Positions 38,878-46,662 of a stretch of DNA of 64,000 nt are shown here, one piece after another. Position 1 is the first letter of the stretch, and each line of letters begins with the position of its first letter. Below the pieces are notes generated by a model. The model was not told the DNA's origin and did not search any database. It was given only the letters and a program-made list of their open reading frames with translations. The translations under genes and the position numbers were made by a program. This DNA comes from Lachnospiraceae bacterium (GTDB lineage Bacteria; Bacillota; Clostridia; Lachnospirales; Lachnospiraceae): positions 2,525 to 66,524 of the forward strand of contig JAILOD010000104.1 of the NCBI GenBank assembly GCA_024691015.1, read 5' to 3'.

Positions 38878-41568
38878 ATGAAAAAAGAATCGATCATCAA
38901 AAACTTAATAAAAAGGGCGGGGGCTTTAGTCCTCGCCGCAACCCTTACGGCAGTCTCAATTCCGGCTGCAAATATTCATGCTCTGTTCAATCCTGATAAG
39001 GCTATTACCTACAGGGAGTTTAAGTCAAAATATACGGTCGAGACCAGCAGCATCTTCCTCGGAACCTATATCGTCCAGAAGGATGCCTTAACGGATGACA
39101 TATACAAAAAGGCCGTAAAGAGCGGAAGCAAAACGGGACAGCAGAACACCTATTACAAATCCGAGCTTTCGGATGACAGCTGGGTTTTAGTAGACGACAT
39201 TGATAACGGTATTAAAGGTCTGTCTTCGGAGAGCGTTCCTGTAGCGGAATCAGTTCTGGATCCCCTGTACGTACAGTATTTTATGGGGGCCGACGGAATC
39301 TTAATGGATGCTCTTACAGGTCTTCCGGTAAATCCCTTCGATATACCCGATCCCTATGATCTTACCGAAATGGAAGAGCTTCAGCCGCTCTGGATGCAAT
39401 ATACAATGAGCGATACCAAAGCGGATATATCTCAGGAGGATTTCCTTAAGAACAGGAATTCCGAGGGTTCCGGACATTTAAGAAGTGATGTTTACTACTA
39501 TCAGTTGTTAAATACCTTCTTCTCTCTGGACTTAAGGGATGACGAGACAAACGATCTGGACAAGAAGCTGTCAAAGCTCAACGTCCTGTACAATAACTTA
39601 AAGAAGGCCGGAAATAACGATGAAGCGCAGGTTGTATACGGTCTTATGAAGAAGGTTGACGCATCGAGACGTGCCATAATAATGGCAAAGCTTTCACAGG
39701 ATGATGTAAGTGCTCTGAATACCCTTCTTACATTGGGAAGCGGAGATTATTATACTTCTGAGGGTAACTTCAAGGATTCCTCCGATGATGAAAACACCTC
39801 CGGAGACGAGAAATACATTACGGAGCTGAAGGATTCGTTAAAGCATGACTTTACAAAGTCATCCAAAAGCTCACTTGCCTGGCTTAATAAATGGCTTTCA
39901 AAGTTAGGTATCACGAAGGATTCTGATGGTTGGTGGACGGTTCTTGAGCAGGCACAGAGCAGAAAGAGCTCGAGCATTTCTTCATCCGCAAAAGCGGCAG
40001 AAGAGGAAAGCGATGATGATGTTAAGATCGCAACTGTTTTAAGCGAAGAAAACTTTAATATCGATAATAATATAATAAGTGCGATATCCGAGTCCATGGG
40101 CAACTGTGACGAAAGCTACAATACTCATATAGCCGAATCCTTAAAGGATGTCGATAAGGTTTTGGGACATGCTGAATATCAATATTCGGTATCCGTTATA
40201 GAAGACTCCACCACAGAAGAGCTCGGCGGACCGATCACCTACTTAAAGCATGTATTAAATATCAGGGATAACAATATAATAGATGCATCCGGAGAGCTGT
40301 CTCTTCTTAAGAGTTCGCTGCTTTCACTGGTGTGCAATAAATATACCAATTCGGTAAGCGCGGGTGTGAATGATGAATATAATGAAGCATCCACGGAGAA
40401 TTCAAAGCAGGCGGCGCTGAACAGTGAAAAGGCGGCAACCGAAGACATACGTATGGAGGTTCAGTACCTTATAAGAGCTGCAAGCGACAGAGATTCCGCA
40501 GCTGAGGCATTAGCTTATGTTCAGGGAAGGATCACCTGGGCCGAAGGGTTATTTGATCAGGTTAAGAATGATGCCTACAAGACAAATGCAAATGCTTCGA
40601 TAAATGCCCTTATTCTTTGGCTCAAGGAAGAAGCACAGAGAATAATCGATTCGGACGCAAGCCTTAAATCGGAGCTGGATAAGCTTAAGGATAAAAAGGC
40701 AGATCTTCAGGAGCAGCGCGATGCAGCACTCGATGATAACGATCTTGCCGGAGCAAAGCTTTTAGATGCCAAGATCGCTGCTGTTGATCAGGATATAGCC
40801 GATGCGGGCGGAGATGACGGATCCGATATAGTTGATAAGGCCAAAAAGGCTCTTGCAGAGGATCCCAATGCAGATGTGTCCGGTATGGCTGATGCCCTTG
40901 CAGGATTAGGCGATGAGGATGGCTTAAATGATCTTCTTGATGCAGCAAAGGACATGGGAGCGGATACAGGAGATATCAAGGATGCTCTTGATAATGTAGA
41001 TAAGAAGGATGGAGCACTTTCAGAGGATGATCTCTTAAATGCACTTCTTGATTTCTTCGGAAAAGGCATAGACGAGATGAGTGCAAAGGAGCTGGCGATC
41101 GCAACCACCGGTCTTTCAAGGTACGGTCGAAGCGGTGTGGAACCTGCAAACAAGCTTGCAAGAGAGCTGGCACAGCGTGGCAGAAGCTTGAGAAACCCTT
41201 ATTTCTTCAATCAGTATACAAAGGATAAGACGATCGAGGGTATCAGCTTAAAGACCGTAGGAGATGTGACGGAATACAGATATTTCTATGATGATTCCAA
41301 GAGAACCTCAACGATGACCTACGGAGCAAAGATATATGTTTTCAAAAACGGCAGTGCTTCTTATTCCATCGGAAAGGATTCCGATAAAACCGAAAACCTG
41401 ACCGAAAAGATAGTTTTCTCAACGGTACCTTACATTGCAGAGGCTGATGCGACAAATATCTTTAAGTGCGATACGGAATATGTAAGCGGTTCGCAGACGG
41501 CAGTTATAGTAACAAGCTCTATGCAGAGCCCGGTCGAAAATTTAATTTCGGCCCTCGAAGAACTTTAA
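38878..41568 (+). CDS. Large secreted protein of unknown function, acidic and coiled-coil-rich
   Basis: The signal peptide is 'ALVLAATLTAVSIPAANIHA'. Long D/E/A/L-rich segments are present. I recognised no domain. Confidence 0.4.
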   Translation: MKKESIIKNLIKRAGALVLAATLTAVSIPAANIHALFNPDKAITYREFKSKYTVETSSIFLGTYIVQKDALTDDIYKKAVKSGSKTGQQNTYYKSELSDDSWVLVDDIDNGIKGLSSESVPVAESVLDPLYVQYFMGADGILMDALTGLPVNPFDIPDPYDLTEMEELQPLWMQYTMSDTKADISQEDFLKNRNSEGSGHLRSDVYYYQLLNTFFSLDLRDDETNDLDKKLSKLNVLYNNLKKAGNNDEAQVVYGLMKKVDASRRAIIMAKLSQDDVSALNTLLTLGSGDYYTSEGNFKDSSDDENTSGDEKYITELKDSLKHDFTKSSKSSLAWLNKWLSKLGITKDSDGWWTVLEQAQSRKSSSISSSAKAAEEESDDDVKIATVLSEENFNIDNNIISAISESMGNCDESYNTHIAESLKDVDKVLGHAEYQYSVSVIEDSTTEELGGPITYLKHVLNIRDNNIIDASGELSLLKSSLLSLVCNKYTNSVSAGVNDEYNEASTENSKQAALNSEKAATEDIRMEVQYLIRAASDRDSAAEALAYVQGRITWAEGLFDQVKNDAYKTNANASINALILWLKEEAQRIIDSDASLKSELDKLKDKKADLQEQRDAALDDNDLAGAKLLDAKIAAVDQDIADAGGDDGSDIVDKAKKALAEDPNADVSGMADALAGLGDEDGLNDLLDAAKDMGADTGDIKDALDNVDKKDGALSEDDLLNALLDFFGKGIDEMSAKELAIATTGLSRYGRSGVEPANKLARELAQRGRSLRNPYFFNQYTKDKTIEGISLKTVGDVTEYRYFYDDSKRTSTMTYGAKIYVFKNGSASYSIGKDSDKTENLTEKIVFSTVPYIAEADATNIFKCDTEYVSGSQTAVIVTSSMQSPVENLISALEEL

Positions 41569-41619
41569 TCGTATATATTATCAGCGGCGGGCAAAACCGT
41601 CATAAGGAAAGGCAGAAAA

Positions 41620-42210
41620 ATGGCAGATTATCCCATAATCGCAGATGTAAGTGCATATATAGTGAGGACATTGAGGGAAAAGATGTGTCCTGAACCCATC
41701 CCCTCACCGAACAATATAGAGATTTCATCCCCTGCGGCACAGGACGTTGACTATATCGTCGGGCTTTACCTGTACGACATAAAAGAAGATGTAATGCTGT
41801 CGACTCCAAACACCGTACAGAGGGGAAGAGCGCTTTTATCAAAGCCGCCAAGACCATATTCTTTATATTATATGGTTTTTATAAACGGTTCCTCCCAGAT
41901 GGGACTAAAGGCACCGGATATACAAAAGATCATTGGTCGAGTAGCCCAGATAGTTAATGATAAACCATCTGTAAGACCAAATGAACTGCAGTCGTGGTTG
42001 GACACGCAGGAACCTCCGATAGTACTGTCTCAGGCGAAGATAAGTCTGGAGGAAAAGGTAAGGGTGTGGCAGGCTATTAACAAACCATATCAGATAAGCC
42101 TGTTTTATAAGGCGGCACCCGTATTCCTGTCCAGCGGAGAGGTTATTTCCACACCTCGTGTTACAGATGCCAGCTTCAGTCTGCATGTTACTGGAGAAGA
42201 AAGGAGGTAA
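41620..42210 (+). CDS. DUF4255 (Pvc16/Afp16 N-terminal domain) CIS tail-cap-like protein
   Basis: 'LYLYDIKED', 'PPRPYSLYYMV' and 'LSLEEKVRVWQAINKPYQISLFYKAAPVFL' match the DUF4255 pattern. Confidence 0.8.
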   Translation: MADYPIIADVSAYIVRTLREKMCPEPIPSPNNIEISSPAAQDVDYIVGLYLYDIKEDVMLSTPNTVQRGRALLSKPPRPYSLYYMVFINGSSQMGLKAPDIQKIIGRVAQIVNDKPSVRPNELQSWLDTQEPPIVLSQAKISLEEKVRVWQAINKPYQISLFYKAAPVFLSSGEVISTPRVTDASFSLHVTGEERR

Positions 42211-42219
42211 TATTAAAAG

Positions 42220-43074
42220 GTGGACGCTTCTGTTATTCGTGCAAGATTAGACCTTGTTATTAATCTCATCGATACCACAACGGGAGCTGCAGTAAACGAA
42301 ATGAATGTCAGATTTATGAAGGACGGCTGCCCCGTTCGTCCGGAACCGAGAGGCGACGGAAACTTCATCTTCATAAACAGTGGCAGAGAAAACTGTCTCA
42401 TGCACATAGAAGTTTATGGATATGAAAGCACGGACCTTGAGATCAATTATGAAACAATGGACGAACAGATCCCGACCTCGTATGTTTTCCTGATGCCGTC
42501 AGAGAAAACAGCTACAGGAGAGTCAGTCTTTGGTATTTCCGGCAAACTTACTTCTCTTGAATCCATCGAAGGCATTTACCTGAGAAAACCGGTCGCATCA
42601 TACAGCGAATACAATCTCAAGAAAAACATAATGAGCTTGTTTGGCTTTGTACCCGGCATGGAAGTGCGGTTAGATCAGATATTCTACGGAATTCTGAATG
42701 ACGATGGAAATGGTTACGAAATTTTTGAAGTAGTCGGTTCACCCGGACCGCAAAAGGTCAACGTAAGAGATCCAATCCCGGAGAGTGTTAAGGCAAATCA
42801 GAAGATCTACAGAAGGATCTTCGGAAAAGCCGATAAGGAAGGAAACTTCAAATTTCTCATAAGGGACGATGCCACGGTTTTGGAATATGTTCTGAGATTT
42901 GTGGTAGACGGACAGGTGTATTTCAGAAAAATTGATTTCAGAAACACCTACGGAGAGATCGATCTTATGGATGGGGCCGTTAGAGCTGTAGAAGAGCCCG
43001 GACCGGAAGAATCGGAAGATAAGGATCCGAAAGCGGATCAAAAGGCCAAAGAGCCCGGAAAGGATAAAAATTGA
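42220..43074 (+). CDS. Hypothetical protein, beta-sandwich-like N-terminus and K/E/P-rich disordered C-terminus
   Basis: The N-terminal ~90 aa resemble a carboxypeptidase-regulatory-like fold. The tail is 'EEPGPEESEDKDPKADQKAKEPGKDKN'. The GTG start is uncertain. Confidence 0.35.
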   Translation: MDASVIRARLDLVINLIDTTTGAAVNEMNVRFMKDGCPVRPEPRGDGNFIFINSGRENCLMHIEVYGYESTDLEINYETMDEQIPTSYVFLMPSEKTATGESVFGISGKLTSLESIEGIYLRKPVASYSEYNLKKNIMSLFGFVPGMEVRLDQIFYGILNDDGNGYEIFEVVGSPGPQKVNVRDPIPESVKANQKIYRRIFGKADKEGNFKFLIRDDATVLEYVLRFVVDGQVYFRKIDFRNTYGEIDLMDGAVRAVEEPGPEESEDKDPKADQKAKEPGKDKN

Positions 43075-43457
43075 GTCAGGTAGCCACTGTGGGCGCAACT
43101 TGTATGTGCTCATTCGGAACAGCACCGTCACCCTTAAGAGTGACATCACAACAGAAGATCATGTGCGACGGCAAGCCGGCGGGGACCATCCAGGATGCAA
43201 CCCCGGCAAATATGGGACCATTCGGAATGTGTACCACTCCGACAAATCCGGCAGTTGCTGCAGCTACTGCCGCGGCACTTGGAGTTTTAACTCCGCAGCC
43301 CTGTACGGTTACACCGGCAGGAACGTGGATACCCACAAAACCGAAGATCTTAGTCGACGGAAAACCCGTTTTGACACAGGATTGTAAATGTATGTGTGCA
43401 TTCGGCGGTTCAATCTCAATAGTGAATCCGGGACAGGTAAAAACTACAGCGAATTAA
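43071..43457 (+). CDS. DUF4280 PAAR-like spike-tip protein
   Basis: 'CMCSFGTAPSPLRV', 'GPFGMCTTPTNP', 'PCTVTPAGTW' and 'CKCMCAFGGSISIVNPGQ' are present. The TTG start overlaps the upstream stop (TTGA). Confidence 0.75.
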   Translation: MSQVATVGATCMCSFGTAPSPLRVTSQQKIMCDGKPAGTIQDATPANMGPFGMCTTPTNPAVAAATAAALGVLTPQPCTVTPAGTWIPTKPKILVDGKPVLTQDCKCMCAFGGSISIVNPGQVKTTAN

Positions 43458-43482
43458 AATCTAACTAATTTGGAGGTAAGAT

Positions 43483-45195
43483 ATGGCTGAATATTTTTCA
43501 CCAGGTGTATATGTGGAAGAATATGACAATTCTCCCCGTAGCATAGAAGGCGTTGGAACAAGTACAGCGGGCTTTATAGGCTTCGCCGAAAAAGGACCCG
43601 TAGAGGGAGCTCCTCTTCTTGTAACAAATATGAAGAGCTTCAGACAACAGTTTGGCGGCTTTCTTTCAGAGTTTGCTTTTGGCGAATATCGCTTTCTTGC
43701 AAACAGTGTAGAACAGTTCTTCGACAATGGCGGAACCCGTTGTTATGTAATGCGTGTAGCTCCCAAGGATGCTGTAAGCGCAAAGGCAGATAAGGGTATC
43801 CTCACCGTTGAAGCAGCAAATCCCGGTAAGTGGGGTAACAAGATCCAGGTTATAATGGCTCTTGGAAAGAAGCATAAGCTTCAGCTTACAAAGAAAACAG
43901 ATACAGGCTTTATCGCAAAGAATCTCGACGGATTCCGTGAGGGCGATCTCGTGGAATTCCAGGGTACATACAACAAGATCAAGACAATCTTCGATAATGA
44001 GGTAACCTTCGAAGAAAAGCTTCCCGATTCTGCAGTTGATGCAGGTATAGTTCCCAAGAATCTTCTCTATTTAGTAACGGTAGACATATCAGTGAAATAT
44101 GGAGATGATGTAGAGAACTACTCGGAGCTTTCATTCAATATGGCTTCACCCCGTTACATCGATGCAAAGCTTGCAACAAGCAATCTTGTAAAGGTTCAGG
44201 TTAAGCCTGTGGAAAAAGCAGGAAATCCTGTCGAAAGTATTTTCGGTAAGGGCAACACAAGCGGAATGTTCGTTCTTGAAGGTGGTTCAGACGGCTCAAT
44301 GGCAAAGGTTAATTCAGGAACCTTTATCGGAGAGGACAACGGCCCCGGAAAGAGAACAGGTATTCAGGCATTCCTTGAGAACAATACAGTCAGCATGATG
44401 GCAATACCCGGTATCACAACTCCCGAGATCATCGTAGCACTCGTAGCACATTGTGAGAACCTTCGTTCACGCTTTGCAGTTATCGATATGCCCGGCGAGA
44501 TGACAAAGACCGCAGATCTGATCCAGTACAGACAGATCATCGATTCGACCTATGCTGCTATGTATCATCCCTGGATCCAGGTTTATGATCGTTCTTCCAA
44601 CAAGCTTGATTACATCCCTCCTTCAGGAGCTGTAATGGGTATCTATTCAAGAACCGATGTAAACCGTGGTGTACACAAGGCTCCCGCAAACGAAGTTATC
44701 TTCTGTACGGGACTTAAGGTTAACTACACAAAGGATGAGCAGGATGTACTTAATCCCGAAGGGATCAACCTTATCCGTGCACTGCCCGGACAGGGGATCA
44801 GAGTATGGGGTGCCCGTACAGCTTCCAGCAATTCCAACTTCAAATATGTCAACGTCAGACGTCTCTTCATCTTTGTCGAAGAGTCGATCAAGGCAAATAC
44901 CAACTGGGTTGTATTCGAACCCAACGATGCATCACTCTGGCAGAGAGTTTCACTTACGATATCCAATTTCCTGGATAATCTTTGGAGAAACGGAATGCTT
45001 GCCGGTGATTCGGTTTCAGACAGCTACTTCGTAGAGATCGGTGCTTCTACAATGAGCAGAGACGATATCATGAACGGAAGGCTTATCTGTAACATCGGTA
45101 TTGCTCCTTCGAGACCTGCTGAATTCGTTATCTTCCGCGTAACCCAGCATACAGCTGAGGCCGGCGGTGGCGGCGGAGAAGGCGAAGAAGGTTGA
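43483..45195 (+). CDS. Contractile tail sheath protein
   Basis: GGAGG RBS. The N-terminus 'YFSPGVYVEEYDNSPRSIEGVGTSTAGFIGFAEKGP' and the C-terminal 'GINLIRALPGQGIRVWGARTAS...NVRRLFIFVEESI' are sheath signatures. An unusual G/E tail 'AGGGGGEGEEG' ends the protein. Confidence 0.9.
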   Translation: MAEYFSPGVYVEEYDNSPRSIEGVGTSTAGFIGFAEKGPVEGAPLLVTNMKSFRQQFGGFLSEFAFGEYRFLANSVEQFFDNGGTRCYVMRVAPKDAVSAKADKGILTVEAANPGKWGNKIQVIMALGKKHKLQLTKKTDTGFIAKNLDGFREGDLVEFQGTYNKIKTIFDNEVTFEEKLPDSAVDAGIVPKNLLYLVTVDISVKYGDDVENYSELSFNMASPRYIDAKLATSNLVKVQVKPVEKAGNPVESIFGKGNTSGMFVLEGGSDGSMAKVNSGTFIGEDNGPGKRTGIQAFLENNTVSMMAIPGITTPEIIVALVAHCENLRSRFAVIDMPGEMTKTADLIQYRQIIDSTYAAMYHPWIQVYDRSSNKLDYIPPSGAVMGIYSRTDVNRGVHKAPANEVIFCTGLKVNYTKDEQDVLNPEGINLIRALPGQGIRVWGARTASSNSNFKYVNVRRLFIFVEESIKANTNWVVFEPNDASLWQRVSLTISNFLDNLWRNGMLAGDSVSDSYFVEIGASTMSRDDIMNGRLICNIGIAPSRPAEFVIFRVTQHTAEAGGGGGEGEEG

Positions 45196-45236
45196 TCGGC
45201 GGCGTAAACATTAAATGAGAAAGGAAGATTTAAACT

Positions 45237-45734
45237 ATGGCTGATGCATATAAAAATGACAAAGGTTCAGATTATCCGTTAACCAAAATGAACTTCCTTG
45301 TCACTGTATCCACTATAGCAGGAACGGCTGCTTTCAGTGAAGTGACAGGGGTTGAAGGAACAGTCGATGTTATCGAATTCAGACAGGGTAATTCGGGTTC
45401 ACTTGCACCCGTAAAGATTCCGGGACTTGTTAAGCACGGAAATGTAACCCTGAAGATGGGATACATCATCAACAGCCCGTTCAAGACCTGGATACAGGAA
45501 TGTGTATCCGAAGTAAGAGGTCAGATACCGAGACAGGAGGTTACGATCGAGCTTATCGATATTAACCCCGGTGCTCCCGCACAGCTGGTAACCTCAGCAA
45601 CAGGTACCAGACAGTGGACATTAAAGAATGCATGGGTAACCAAATATTCGGCTCCCGATCTTGATGCGAAGACAAGCGATGTCGCAATCGAGAGTGTGGA
45701 GATCGCTTACGAGGAACTGGTTATTCCCAACTAA
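45237..45734 (+). CDS. Tail tube protein (T4 gp19-type / Afp1-like)
   Basis: 'MNFLVTVSTIAGTAAFSEVTGVEGTVDVIEFRQGNS...GNVTLKMGYI...FKTWIQ' matches the conserved phage-tail-region tube pattern. Confidence 0.85.
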   Translation: MADAYKNDKGSDYPLTKMNFLVTVSTIAGTAAFSEVTGVEGTVDVIEFRQGNSGSLAPVKIPGLVKHGNVTLKMGYIINSPFKTWIQECVSEVRGQIPRQEVTIELIDINPGAPAQLVTSATGTRQWTLKNAWVTKYSAPDLDAKTSDVAIESVEIAYEELVIPN

Positions 45735-45745
45735 AGTGTACTTTA

Positions 45746-45939
45746 TTACAATTCAGTGGCCTTTCAGACCACTGAATTGTAACGCACTTTGCCAATGAAA
45801 AATCGCCTTCGGCGATGGGCAAAGTGCCACCTTCCTACTGTAAAGCCCCGTAGCCACGCAGCTTGTGCATGGCTCGGGTCTGAACAGTAACTGTACTTTA
45901 CATTAATGCTTATGTTTCCGGAGGGGACGCCCTCCGGAA
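45746..45939 (+). promoter_or_regulatory. Array of four strong RNA hairpins after the tube gene (candidate attenuator or mRNA-stability element)
   Basis: H1 is a 14-bp perfect stem (45746-45759 / 45769-45782). H2 is a 10-bp stem (45784-45793 / 45818-45827) enclosing a 6-bp hairpin. H3 is a ~9-bp stem (45847-45856 / 45870-45878). H4 is a 10-bp perfect stem (45916-45925 / 45930-45939). None is followed directly by a clean U-run. Confidence 0.55.
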
Positions 45940-45975
45940 GACGTAAGCTTTTAGTGCTTATTTAGAAAGATTTTT

Positions 45976-46004
45976 TATATACGTGCTTTTATTCCTGATA
46001 TAAT
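45976..46004 (+). promoter_or_regulatory. Candidate internal promoter with extended -10
   Basis: TGaTATAAT at 45996-46004 with a weak -35 (TATATA), ~50 nt upstream of ATG 46053. Confidence 0.3.
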
Positions 46005-46052
46005 AAATAAAAACCCTTATATAAAAGATCTTTAAAAAGGAGAGTTTAATAA

Positions 46053-46415
46053 ATGGAAACGATCTATGATTTTACATTACCCAAGGGCTATATCGACGGC
46101 TCGGGAGAGCTTCACAAGAGAGGAAAGATGAGGCTTGCGACCGCCGGTGATGAGATTTCGGCAACCAGAGACCCGAGAGTTCTTTCAAACCCTTCGTATC
46201 TGACCATTGTTATATTAAGCAAGGTGGTTACAGAGCTGGAGGGAATGGATGCCATAACGGCAACTACCATAGAACGTCTCTTTACGGCAGATCTGGCCTT
46301 TCTGCAGGACATGTATCAGAGGATCAACGATATCGAGGCTCCCGTGATGCATTGTGTATGTCCCGATTGCGGCAAGGAGTTTGATATGCCCATAAATTTT
46401 ACACAGGAGGGTTAA
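46053..46415 (+). CDS. Conserved small CIS protein, putative tail-assembly chaperone
   Basis: GGAG RBS. 'FTLPKGYIDGSGELHKRGKMRLATAGDEISATRDPRV...ERLFTADLAFLQDMYQRIN' resembles the small protein that I recall following tube genes in eCIS loci. The C-terminus carries 'HCVCPDCGKEF'. Confidence 0.55.
   Translation: METIYDFTLPKGYIDGSGELHKRGKMRLATAGDEISATRDPRVLSNPSYLTIVILSKVVTELEGMDAITATTIERLFTADLAFLQDMYQRINDIEAPVMHCVCPDCGKEFDMPINFTQEG
46394..46400 (+). other. Candidate -1 programmed frameshift heptamer A_AAT_TTT
   Basis: It has X_XXY_YYZ geometry in the zero frame of ORF 46053-46415, 13 nt before its stop. The -1 frame is open from 46385 and runs into the downstream conserved small ORF. Confidence 0.3.
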
Positions 46416-46447
46416 GGCTTTATCCCAAAGACGATCTCTACAGGGAA

Positions 46448-46612
46448 ATGTCCTTTATTTCCTACTATTTTCACTGGAGCGAGGAAGAGGTATCGAAGCT
46501 CGACCACGTAAGCAGAAGAAGGTGGTGTAAAGAGATCTCAGAGATAAACAAGAACCTGAATCCCTCAAAGGAAAAGAAGGAAAAGAGTATTTTTGATCTT
46601 AAACCGGGTTAA
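46448..46612 (+). CDS. Small conserved CIS-associated protein ('YYFHWS...RRRW' family; DUF6760-like from memory)
   Basis: It is not in the ORF track because it has only 54 codons from ATG 46448. The product is 'MSFISYYFHWSEEEVSKLDHVSRRRWCKEISEINKN...'. The same frame is open for 21 more codons upstream ('...LYPKDDLYRE') without any ATG, GTG or TTG. Confidence 0.55.
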   Translation: MSFISYYFHWSEEEVSKLDHVSRRRWCKEISEINKNLNPSKEKKEKSIFDLKPG

Positions 46613-46662
46613 AGCCCGGGGAGGATCTCATTCGTATAAAACATACAGGATGGTGATTTATT

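Noticed and set aside
43076-43387. Alternative-frame ORFs overlapping the DUF4280 gene (43100-43387 plus strand, 43076-43336 minus strand).
   Set aside because: The DUF4280 frame carries the conserved Cys/Gly pattern. The overlapping frames have no motifs or RBS.
45797-45892. 31-codon ORF (MKNRLRRWAKCHLPTVKPRSHAACAWLGSEQ) inside the post-tube hairpin array.
   Set aside because: It has no RBS, lies entirely within stem-forming sequence, and has an Arg/Cys/His-rich composition typical of translated structured RNA.
46404-46420. Independent initiation of the small conserved ORF from the AGGAGG at 46404-46409.
   Set aside because: No ATG, GTG, TTG, CTG or ATT codon occurs in the correct frame within 5-12 nt of the SD-like sequence. 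The first start codon is 39 nt away (ATG 46448). The frameshift and the short-ORF models are therefore kept, and simple SD-driven initiation of the full conserved region is dropped.
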